This document shows, piece by piece, positions 1 to 9,543 of a DNA stretch of 20,000 nucleotides. Source of the stretch: Catajapyx aquilonaris (lineage: Eukaryota). How positions within the stretch are numbered: position 1 is the stretch's first letter; each line of letters begins with the position of its first letter. Location: the NCBI GenBank assembly GCA_000934665.2, contig KZ538860.1:54968-74967 (forward strand), given 5' to 3'. Position numbers and translations under genes: made by a program. The notes under the pieces were generated by a model that saw only the letters and a list, made by a program, of their open reading frames with translations, was not told where the DNA came from and searched no databases.

Positions 1-798
1 TTGAAGAGACACATACTTACCCACGCAGGAGTTAAGCCATTCCGTTGTGAAATGTGCCAGAAAAGGTTTGGATGCGATTCCGCTTTAAAGACGCACATGA
101 TTACTCACACGGGAGTGAAACCATTTGCTTGCGACTATTGCCAGAAAGGATTTGCATTTGCGTCAACTTTGAGGGCACACATGGTCACTCACACAGAAGA
201 GAAGCCGTTTGTTTGCGACGTCTGCCAGAAAAGGTTTGCATTGGAATCTTACCTGAAGGCGCACATGGTTACTCACACGGGAGAGAAGCCCTTTGCCTGC
301 AGCGTGTGCCAGAGAAGGTTCGCATTGGCATCTTACCTGACGCGTCACATGGTCGTTCACTCTGAAGAGAAGCCACTTGATTGTGAAGTGTGCCAGGAAA
401 CCTTTTCGTCTGCGTACACTTTGAAAGAACACATGGACACCCACGCATTGAAACCATTCGCTTGCCCCGTCTGTCAGAAAAGGTTTAGTAGCGCGTCTAA
501 TATGAAGCAGCACATGGCCACCCACTCGGAATGGAAGGAATTTGCTTGCAACCTGTGCCAGAAGAGGTACGCATTGGCATCTGACCTGAAGCGCCACATG
601 AAGACTCACTCGGAGAAGCCATTTGATTGCCCAGTGTGCAAGAGAAGCTTCGCGTTTGAACATGCCTTGAAGAAGCACATGGAGACCCACACAGGGGAGA
701 AGGAGTTTGCCTGCAGCTTGTGCCAGAAGAGGTACACCCTGCTGTCGTCCTTGAGGAGGCACACAGCCACTCACACAGGAAATGCTAGCAATAGCTGA
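1..798 (+). CDS. C2H2 zinc-finger protein ZF-A, 3' part of terminal exon (5' end outside window); 9 complete fingers plus 1 partial
   Basis: Open frame of tandem CxxC-x12-HxxxH repeats with TGEKPF/TGVKPF/TEEKPF linkers; stop TGA 796-798; AATAAA at 987-992. Confidence 0.93.
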   Translation: MKRHILTHAGVKPFRCEMCQKRFGCDSALKTHMITHTGVKPFACDYCQKGFAFASTLRAHMVTHTEEKPFVCDVCQKRFALESYLKAHMVTHTGEKPFACSVCQRRFALASYLTRHMVVHSEEKPLDCEVCQETFSSAYTLKEHMDTHALKPFACPVCQKRFSSASNMKQHMATHSEWKEFACNLCQKRYALASDLKRHMKTHSEKPFDCPVCKRSFAFEHALKKHMETHTGEKEFACSLCQKRYTLLSSLRRHTATHTGNASNS

Positions 799-986
799 AT
801 GGAAACTTGCTCTTGATGACCTGCCGCCTAGTCACCAACCGGTACTTTATTCAGTGGATATTATTATTGGGAGTAGTTGTTCCCTGTTCCGGACAGGCCG
901 TTGTATTTGGGAGTCATGTATTGTGCGTATACATGTGTAAATGCAGTATGTGGTTATGTACAAGACGTTTGTGAATTTTATGAATG

Positions 987-992
987 AATAAA
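987..992 (+). terminator. Polyadenylation signal of ZF-A
   Basis: AATAAA about 190 nt after the ZF-A stop, followed by a T-rich tract and immediately before the next promoter cassette. Confidence 0.6.
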
Positions 993-1029
993 TGAAATTA
1001 TTATTATTTGAACGAAAGAGCGTCTTAAA

Positions 1030-1151
1030 TAGCCGCTACTCATCAGGATCTGGATAGCGCATAAGCACATCCCTTTTCAAAGCGTTGATCGGAATGCACC
1101 CGACTCCAAAAAAACAAAAAAAAAAATGAAGAATGTTTTCCAAGATGGCGG
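1030..1151 (+). promoter_or_regulatory. Conserved promoter cassette, copy 1
   Basis: TAGCCGCTAC 1030-1039 (motif A reversed, degenerate), ATAGCGCATAAGC 1054-1066, GGAATGCACCC 1091-1101, CCAAGATGGCGG 1140-1151 (YY1/Pho-type consensus); same order as the other copies; about 105 nt upstream of ATG 1256. Confidence 0.75.
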
Positions 1152-1255
1152 ACGATCCTTTCCGTTAGCGCGTCACTCTTTCTCTTCATTTCGACCCGTT
1201 TCTTCGCCCACCTTCGCGTCTAGAGGGAGAATCGCCTTCCATACACTTGCACGGT

Positions 1256-2562
1256 ATGTCACTGATTGAAAGGATCAAGGAGGAGGAAGACTATGGCGAT
1301 GAAGAAGAAGTCGCGATGGAAGAGCTGTGGAAGGAGCCGTTGATAGAAGAAGCCCCTTCTTGCTCTGATCATGAAGCCACGACACCCATCAAAGGGGAAC
1401 CAGCTGAGGAGGAGGAGGAGGAGGAGGAGATGGAATACAATGTTACGGCCAAGGTGACTGAAGATGACCCATTGGCAGTTGGTTCTGCAGGCAACGGAGA
1501 GGTACGTTAGCGTCAGGAATTGCGAAACAACTTCCCTGGACTCAGTCTTCCGTAAAGACTAGCTTGTGTTTGAAAAATTAGATGGAAAAAAAAGGGATTC
1601 TAATGGTGCAATAAATGTACTGAAATTGTAAATCCAGATGGTCAGCCAGGAAAAGTCTGTAGAAAGCCAATCGTGTGTGACTTTCTCTTCAGAGCAAGAC
1701 TGGTGGTGCACCAGCAGGAAGATCTTCCATGTCGTTACGCCGTGGTAGCATCAATAGAAAACCACAGAGGAAGAGAAGCAAAAAGTTGTCAGTGAAGCAG
1801 CAAATGGCGAGAAACAAAGAGACACATCCTGTGAAGCCTGGCTGTACCTGCAAAAACAAGTGCGCAGACAAAATAACGGAGGAGAGGAGAGAGGCCATCA
1901 ACAGTGAGTTCTGGGCCTTGGACCACTGCGGACGGCAGGTGTTCATCCACGGTTCCATCACCAAGATTCCCAAGAAGCAAAGCACCACGGTTGGATTCAG
2001 CTGTCGCTCCTACAGTTTCTTTTACCATATGAGAGACCAGTACAACAATTCCTTTCGAGTGTGCAAGGCTTTTTATCTCACAACACTTGGCTTCGCCCAG
2101 AATAATGACACTGTTGTGCGGAACGTGATGCGTGTGTGCGACGGTCCGTTGTTTTTCCCTCAGCAGGATGGGAGGGGAAGGGCTCCTTCCCCATACAAGA
2201 TCGATACCACCTCCATTGAAGAGCACATCAAGTCTTACGTTCCTGGTCTATCCCAGAGGAGACGGGACAACGGGACAAATTCATCAGGTGACGTGACATT
2301 TTCTGCAATGGTGAAAGACTACAATTCCAAGCACAAGGAACGGCCCGTCTCCTACAGCATATACTGCAGGGTAGCCAAGACCATGAACATTTCAATTACA
2401 TCTGGCGGAAAAATTAGTGCTCCTAATAAACGAGTACCAAATTGCCAATATTTACAGCCTTCTCTTAATCCTGTGCAATTATCACTAAGGCTCCCGTTGG
2501 AATGCACCCAACATGGACCACAAACGGCTTCTCCTCTGCATGAGTTGCCAGGTGCCTTTTGA
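1256..2562 (+). CDS. Two-exon gene (1256-1501, 1693-2562; 371 aa): acidic family leader exon fused to a Sola-like transposase N-terminal region, no catalytic domain
   Basis: Exon 1 MSLIERIKEEE...IKGEP...EDDPLAVGSAGNGE ends at GAG|gtacgt (phase 0). Acceptor ctttctcttcag|AGC at 1693 is in frame with ORF 1729-2562. Exon 2 carries CTCKNKC..RREAINSEFW..FI..Y..RVCKAFYLTTLG..DGRG..IEEHIKSY..VSYSIY..MNISI, a motif series I recall from Sola1-type transposase N-termini. Confidence 0.72.
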
Positions 2563-3106
2563 AATGAGATGCCCAGGCAAACCGTTTCTGACAAAAAGTG
2601 CAAATGAATGGCTGATACGACCTATGAATCTCCGTGTGTTTTTTTCAATTTAGATTCCAGTGCAAATGTTTTCTGGCAAAATTCACATGTCAGTGGCTTT
2701 TCTTTTGTATGAGTCAAAACGTGCGATTTCATAGTATCTGGCCTTGCAAACCTTTTGTGACACGCACTGCAAGCAAATGGCTTCTTCTCCTCTGCATGCC
2801 TGGCCATGTGCATTTTCAAAGAGTATCTCTGCGCAAACCTTTTCTGGCACAATTGACAAGAAAATGCTGCCTTCACTCCCGTGTGGGTCACCCAAGTGTT
2901 TTTTTCAAAGTAGACGCCAAAGCAAACTCTCTCTGACACACGCTACATGCTAATGGTTTTTCTCCCGTGTGAGTCATCAAATGCGTCTTCAAACCAAAGG
3001 GCCGACTAAACTTCTTATTGCACTGATGACAAGTCTTCTCTCTTTCGACTGTCCTGATATTTGGCTCCTTCCTCCTTTCAATGATTCCATCCGCTTCTTG
3101 GTCAAC
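2465..3106 (-). pseudogene. Frameshifted, truncated C2H2 ZF pseudogene (about 6 fingers) lacking the acidic first coding exon
   Basis: Acceptor cttgcag|GTT GAC CAA GAA (VDQE, compare VAQE in paralogs) at 3106. Fingers are split over three frames, with extra bases at 2899-2905 (T7), 2891-2893 (C3) and 2639-2645 (T7). The array stops abruptly after KPF at about 2521; the corrected frame ends at TAA 2467-2465. Finger sequences resemble ZF-A (FALAS/FALES). Confidence 0.75.
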
Positions 3107-3283
3107 CTGCAAGATTAATTTATCAGTACAGTGATACAATTTTTAGGACTGAAAAGCCTGTTTCGTTCCATTTGCTCTCCATTACACAATGTAGTGTCAA
3201 TAATAATAATAATAAGATCAATAATAAGAGAGAGAGAGAGAGATGAAAGTACACTTCAAGAGGTGGTTACAAGCAATATCGGG

Positions 3284-3373
3284 CGGCCATCTTGGATTGC
3301 ATTTTTTTTTGCGGGTGCGTTCCGATGGCCACCTTTCGCTGGGGGGGAATGGCGGACGGGCTTATGCGCTATT
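3284..3373 (-). promoter_or_regulatory. Conserved promoter cassette, copy 2 (minus strand; divergent to the MADF gene)
   Basis: Reverse complements of CCAAGATGGCCG (3284-3295), GGAACGCACCC (3313-3323) and AATAGCGCATAAGCCC (3358-3373), in the correct order for minus-strand transcription toward the ZF pseudogene. Confidence 0.8.
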
Positions 3374-3529
3374 AATGGGGGAACAGCAGCGATTGCACGA
3401 CGATCCCAATAATACCGATCGAATCGATCGTATCAGAAGAAGAAGAAGCCCGTGTCCGTCCGTCTCTCTCTCTCTCTCTCTCTCCTTCCTTCTGGTGGTC
3501 CATTGTCCACCAGAGCAGCTACAGGCAGG

Positions 3530-5030
3530 ATGGCCCCTCCAAGAACTAAGAAGGAGGCTGCGAAACTGCGCGCGCGGGAGAGGATGCGGCAGGCGGCGGA
3601 GTGGAAAGGGAGGCTTCTGGCGGAGGTGCAGGCCCGGCCGGCCATCTGGGACAAGGGGGGCGGAGGACGAGATCGGGAGGCGGTCGAGGCCATGTGGGAC
3701 CAAGTGGTCGAGGCCATGGGCTCCATGGACAGTAGGTGTCTTCTTCCCTCTGTCTAAAGCACTTGAAACACTTACAATGAGACTAATAATTGCCCAATTC
3801 TGTCTAAATACAATGTCAGAGGCCGAATGCAAAACCGCATGGAGGAACCTAGTGGACATCCACAGGAAAGTCCACCAGCAAGTGAGCAGAGAGAAGAAGA
3901 GTGGGCAGGGATACGTGGCTCCCCCAAAGTGGCAGTATTATGATGCCATGTCGTTCCTGCGAGGTCGCGCAGAAAACAGGGTGTGAGTATATCACTATAT
4001 ACCGTTATGTCATGGGTGCCCAATGCGCAATTGTTCGCAATAGCATTGCAAATAGTTTATCGAGTCAATTTTCCGCAGTTGTGATACATCAATATTTCGC
4101 GAGCTTGGAAAAATTTCTAAACTCTGGAATTCATTCCTCCAATAATGGAGTCGTGATAATTTTGTGGCTCAGTTGCATTGCAATTAATATAAGTGTTCCT
4201 CATGCCTCATTCAAGGGAAGAACTCGTGACTATAGCCAACATCGACTGGGGACATACTGAAGAACCAGACATGTACGCCGACGACTCCCTGACAGCCGAT
4301 GACTCCCTGACAGCCGACGACCCCCTGGCAGCCGACGACCCCCTGGCAGCCGACGATCCTTTGTCACCCCACATACATGACATTGCATCCCGTTCTTCCA
4401 CTCCCACTGCATCCCTTTCTTCCACACCCACCATACCGCTTTCCCCAAGCGCAACACAGACTCCCCACAGCATTGAACCTCAAAAGAAGAAGAAGAAGAG
4501 GATGGAGGAAATTGCCAAGACCTCTGCATCACAAAAGTCGGGCCTGCCAACGTCTGCATCGACAACTTCTCTACTGCCGATGTCTACGCCAGTGGATGAC
4601 GCGATGATTAGAACATTGCAGGATATTCGTGCGTATGTAAAATTAAAAGCTTCGGTATCCCCCAATTACGTAAAGTAACATACGAACTGGGACGTCATTA
4701 CAAGCCATTATTTTGTCCAATTGCCAGTCGTGCTGCAATCTTGCATCCAAAACAGATGGCAGTCCATTGTAATTTTTTCTGATGCTGTGAAAGTCATTGT
4801 GAATGTGACAATGCTAAAAGAAGCCATAATCTGTTTTAACCTATACTGAGTCATCACAACAATTAATGTTCCCTTTCAGGCGACTAAGTGAGGAGCCGTC
4901 CGACTTCAGCAGACTGTCACAGTACCTCGAGGGCCATTACACTAAATGGTCTGCCAGCAGCAAGGAGGCATTCGAGCATGCCGTTGTCAGATTAGCCTGG
5001 GACATCCACAAGGCTGACGGCGGAAAATAA
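3530..5030 (+). CDS. MADF (Myb/SANT-like) domain protein with a C-terminal BESS-like motif; 4 exons 3530-3731, 3820-3982, 4216-4632, 4880-5030 (310 aa)
   Basis: MADF signature LLAEVQARPAIWD...WDQVVEAM...ECKTAWRNLVD...KSG...KWQYYDAMSFL. Phase-consistent introns: A|gtaggt..tcag|AG (phase 1), GT|gtgagt..caag|G (phase 2), GC|gtatgt..ttcag|G (phase 2). Exon sum 933 nt = 311 codons. Last exon RLSEEPSDFSRLSQYLEGHYTKWSASSKEAFEHAVVRLAWDI resembles BESS; NLS-like KKKKKR. Confidence 0.85.
4277..4366 (+). repeat. Coding minisatellite, 5 x 18 bp (ADDSLT/ADDPLA)
   Basis: Units GCCGAYGACYCCCTGRCA start at 4277, 4295, 4313, 4331 and 4349 (last one diverged), in frame in MADF exon 3. Confidence 0.9.
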
Positions 5031-5457
5031 AATGTCCAGATTCAAAAAACTGACTCGCAAGTATTTCATTATTTACAATATGCAGTTGAATCTCCTTAAT
5101 CTCAACTCTACGTAAATAGTAACAAAATGCCAATAAGGTCAAGTCCCACACGAAGGAATATGGTGGATGGCTGTCAATTATAATTATGGAAGTTTCATTT
5201 TGTCCTGTGATGCACATGGCCCCACGTGACCACAACCTGTTCAAGTATAACGACAATTAATTGTTTGCAGCAGGAAACTTATTCCAGGAATGTCCAGTCA
5301 ATGTCCTGAAGGTCAGTGTTAAAGCGCAGAGTATTCTAATGCTCGTGGTTACTTCCAACGCTGAATTTGTCGGTATGAGTTGTTTGCACTAATTAATAAA
5401 AAGAGAAGCACAAGTTAATTGAGCCAATTGAGCTGGAGGTGAGCTTCCCCCTGACAA

Positions 5458-5592
5458 GTAGCAGTTACCAAGAAGAAGCCGTTACTGCTCCTGCCAATAG
5501 CGCTTAAGGCCCTCCCTCCCCCTCCTTTCAACCGCCTTGTAGTGTGGGCGATACGAACGCACCCCACACACGTCACCAAGCCAAGATGGCCG
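5458..5592 (+). promoter_or_regulatory. Conserved promoter cassette, copy 3
   Basis: GTAGCAGTTACC 5458-5469, AATAGCGCTTAAGG 5496-5509, GAACGCACCCC 5555-5565, CCAAGATGGCCG 5581-5592; ATG at 5700. Confidence 0.8.
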
Positions 5593-5699
5593 ACGTGTGG
5601 AACATCATCATTATTTTATAGTTAGCTGTGCACGGCAAGTCTCTCGGGATTAATCGAGGCTGTGGTTCATACTGGCAGTGGGTGTTTCCCCTAAGGACA

Positions 5700-8421
5700 A
5701 TGTCCTCTTCTTCTGAACTGGTGGTCAAGGAGGAGGTGGAGGGGGAAGAACAGGCCGTCACTTCGGAGGCATGGAAGGTGGCTGTCAAGCAGGAGGCCAC
5801 CGCGTTCTACTCTGATGATTGCCAAGACGCGTCGTCGTCGACAGCTGCAGGGGACGGCGGCGGGATTAAAGAGGAGCCGGACGAGGAGGAGGAGGAAGAG
5901 ATGGTGGCTGCAGTGGCAGCAGGAGGGGATGCCGAAGAAGCGGTCGACCCTTTATCCACGGTTGGACGGACTGGCCAGGTATGAAGGATGATGAGTTGAA
6001 TGGCCTGATCAACATGCACTGCTCCCGTCAACAACAAACATCCCCAATTCTCAAGTTCCCACGGAGATGCCCTCAGGCAACAAGAACTAGCATGCCCGCA
6101 GGAGCTACTCCATTCGCATTGAGTACCGGCCACACAATCCAATGCCTTTCTTTTTTGCCCATATCCCATGGCCAGAAATCTCACGTATTCATTGACCCAG
6201 GCGTGATTGCTCAGCTCACATGAGTTTGTGTCATAATATATTATGCTGCAGTTTGTCCAGGAAAAGGCTACATGGGATTTCAGGGAATTTTGAAGTACTG
6301 CAGCGTTGGCAGATGCATATTGAACCCAACATAGGACACATTCAAATCAAAATATTCCACATAGCATCCATTCATTTTTTTTTAGAGCAAACATAGGGGA
6401 CAAGGTGGGGGTGGAGCAGGCAGAAATTTAGGGGAAAAAAACCATGTGGCCATGCATTATTTTCCTGAGCTGACTCCATCTGCACTCATCATTTTACACA
6501 TCCCATAGGAATCAATTCTGTGCACATATTAACTCGACCAATTGAGGCATGTGATTGGCCACCTCAGATGAGGCAATGAAAATTTCGCCAATTATTACTA
6601 CATAATGGATCATAGGGCCAGTTTTCAGCATGGAGGCTATTTAATTCTTGCATATCCACTACAACACTAGTACACTACAGGGAAATGCCAGGTTGCTTGC
6701 TGGTACAGTAGTAGCAATCTAAATATTTATGACCTCCTACCCTTACAGTTCCTTCAGATCTTTTCTCGTGATGCATATGTGCAAGCAGAAAAAAAATTAT
6801 CTCTCACCCACCATGTAATTTTAGACTTTTTCTCATCGAAGACAAGTCTGGCATAACTGCCCGTCCGTCCATCTGCGGACAGGTTATCAGGGCCTAAACC
6901 GCTGGAGATAGCGACAAATTGTTGTCGGATTCAGATTTGGCAGACCCTGAATAGGTATCAGGGTCAACTTCTGGTTTTCCGGGTACACTCGATCCCCCAA
7001 GATCAACTCTATACTGTATAGGTGGGGTGTCCTGAGGATCCTTGGCAACATGGAATAGATTGCTCTCAGCCTAATTTCAGGAGTATTATCAGTACTACAA
7101 CACTGCCAAATGAGAAAAAGTTCACTGGAATCATGCTCGCGGCTATGGCAAGATGGATTTTACGATCCTGAATACAAGACTAACGTACATGCTTGACTTT
7201 ACAATGTTGCAAGATATTTCTTGGTTGTTATGAAAGAATACTGAATCATGCAGCCATGGTAAACCACCTACTCCCCTCATCTCCAGGTTCGACATGTTAA
7301 TGGGGACAGTTAATTCAGAGCTACCTCGTCATGCTCTAAACAGTTGTGATAATCTTGCGCTTTCCCACACTTTCTGTCCTGCTATCCCTCGTTCCCCAAC
7401 TGCAAAATATTGCTCGATACCACCCATTTAAACCATTTCCATCTTACAGGTGGCCCAAGAAAAACATGTTGCGAGCATGGAGGAAGACATTCAGACGGAA
7501 AGTCAAATGCCGAGAAGTGAGGGAGAAAATCAGGGATACAGGAAGACTTGCTCGGGAGAGGAGCCACTCGCTTGTCCATTGTGCCAAGAGAAGTTTAGTC
7601 TAGGACATGAATTTAGAAGGCACATGTTAAGTCACCCCAAGGAGAAGCCTTTCATTTGCCAGATATGCCAAGAGGGTTTCTGTCTGGAAGCCCAGCTGTT
7701 GGGCCACTTGTCAAGTCACCCTCCTAACGAGACGCCTTTTGTTTGCCAGATATGCCAAAAGGGTTTCTATGGAGAAGCCCAGCTCTCAGCCCACACGAGA
7801 GCTCATTCAATAGAAAAGCAATATGTTTGTCAAGTGTGCCAGAAGAAATTCCCTTGGCCATCTGACTTGAAAAAACACTTGGTAACGCACACGGAAGAGA
7901 AGCCTTTTGATTGCAAAGTGTGTCAAAAAAAGTTTAGTAGGGCATCTGATCTGAAGAAACACCTAGTGATTCACACAGAAGATAAGCCTTTTGATTGCCA
8001 AGTGTGCCAAAAATCTTTTTATAGGGCGTCTGATTTGAAGAAGCACTTAGTGTCTCACACAGGAGAGACCCCATATTTCTGTCACGTATGCCAGAAAAAT
8101 TTCAGGAGTTCATCTAGTTTGGCCAACCACCTAAAAATCCACACGGGGGAGAAGCCGTACTGTTGTGACACCTGCCAGAAAAGATTTAGCCAGTCCAATG
8201 ATTTGAAAGTACACAAGAGGATTCACACTGGGGAAAAACCATTCGCATGCACAGTGTGCCCGATGAAATTCCGCCAGGCACGTCATTTGAAAGTCCACAT
8301 GTGGACTCACACCGGAGAGAGACCAATTGCATGCACGCTATGCCAGAAGGCATTTCGCCAGGAATGTCATTTGAGAGACCACATGAAGAGGGCTCACACT
8401 GAAGAGAAGACACGTGCCTGA
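5700..8421 (+). CDS. C2H2 zinc-finger protein ZF-B; exons 5700-5978 and 7450-8421 (416 aa, acidic leader plus 10 fingers)
   Basis: Exon 1 MSSSSELVVKEE...IKEEP...AVDPLSTVGRTGQ|gtatga (phase 0); acceptor ttccatcttacag|GTG GCC CAA GAA; 10 intact C2H2 fingers; stop TGA 8419-8421. Confidence 0.88.
6635..7240. mobile_element. About 600-bp intronic insertion in ZF-B relative to ZF-C, possibly a non-autonomous element remnant
   Basis: The flanks (GGCCAGTTTT.AGCA at about 6616; TGAATCAT..ACCACCT at about 7242) are only about 30 bp apart in the ZF-C intron (12742-12797). The insert contains CGTCCGTCCATCTG...AAACCGCTGGAGATAG (about 6862-6911), reminiscent of DINE-1/Helentron-associated elements. Boundaries are approximate. 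Confidence 0.4.
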
Positions 8422-9399
8422 ACCATGTCAGGTTGGCTGCAGTGGCTGCAGAACTCTTGGTAACCAGTTCATCAGGAAATTAGCCAATTGATGACTTATG
8501 TTTCCCCCCATCTCCACATTCCGTACCCTCTGCTCAGTGATTCTCAAGGTTTTCTCTCTCTCTCTCTCTGTCCATAGTGGTTGAGTTTTACTAGTGGTTT
8601 TATTTTGTGAATTGAACTAAATTGCTGCAAGATCGGTTGTGTGGAATCAAATAATATTCCTTTTGTTACATTATTGTGGGGCATTATTAGTGAGGAAGTA
8701 CCAGAGAAACTTTACAGACATTGTGAAGAAAGTGTATTATGGTTATGGATATTAATTATATGGGTACAACTTGGTGATCAGGGGATAAGACATGGGCTCC
8801 ATGCTATAGAGTGTGTCACACTACTGTAGAAGACCTTCGCATAGGGGTCAAATGGTGAGAAAAAGTATATCCTTTTTGCAAGTTCCCATGACATGGACCC
8901 TGCAATGGCAACGATGACTGCCCCTTTTCTGTACAGCTTCAATGGAGAATCAATCGACACACAATAAATTATATGCCTATCAGTTCTATATTGAGGATTT
9001 GCATGTTGTTGTTTGAGGCAGTGAGTTCCGCAGCTTGACTGAATGGCTCCATAATAAAAGGACGTTCTGTTCCCATCAGGATGGACCAGGCAAATAGTAA
9101 CTTCTTTTTTGGTGGTTTTTAATTTTTTTGCGGCGGTTTGAAGAGGAATTAAGTCAAAGTGTAAATGGCAGGAATGCACTTCACGACGGTGGGGATCTGT
9201 GTTCAAAATTTGGAAGCCCTACCTACAGCAGAACTTGAGTTAGGGCGAAAAAAAAAAAAAGCGTAACAACATGATGTTGAAAAAATTCATAGTTTAAAAT
9301 TGTTGTACGGTCACTCTTGAAACAATATCGTTCACATGTTATATATCACAATGTTGAATTGTCACATAATGTTTCATTGTAACACAATGCTGCATTGTG

Positions 9400-9470
9400 A
9401 CATTATCATGCATAAATGTCACATTGTCATGCAGAAATGTCACATTGCCATACATAAAATGTCTCATTAT
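9400..9470. repeat. Short minisatellite, about 3.4 x 21 bp, downstream of B9D2
   Basis: Units ACATTRYCATRCAKAAATGTC start at 9400, 9421 and 9442, with a partial fourth copy. Confidence 0.7.
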
Positions 9471-9543
9471 CAGGTGAGACTGTTGTAAAATTTCTGTTGA
9501 CTACTCCAATTGCAAAAAGAAGAACAAGTGTTTGGTGTACATG

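Noticed and set aside
163..774. Antisense and alternative-frame ORFs over ZF and other exons (also 54-365, 1789-2226, 3362-3859, 5807-6184, 8186-8413)
   Set aside because: Shadow ORFs caused by codon bias and repetitiveness of real exons; no recognisable domain.
1729..2562. Autonomous, active transposon
   Set aside because: No catalytic DDD region, TIRs or TSD visible; the segment looks like an in-frame exon of a host gene.
3243..3986. 247-aa ORF as a single gene
   Set aside because: It runs through promoter DNA, a CT microsatellite and the wrong frame of MADF exon 1; only its last 54 or so codons are real (MADF exon 2).
7286..7296. GGTTCGAC as a tRNA/SINE B-box (also at 12813)
   Set aside because: No A-box, no closing CC and no cloverleaf; better explained as a splice-acceptor junction.
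8778..9206. 142-aa minus-strand ORF between ZF-B and B9D2
   Set aside because: Non-ATG start, no recognisable motif or exon structure; it lies between convergent 3' ends.
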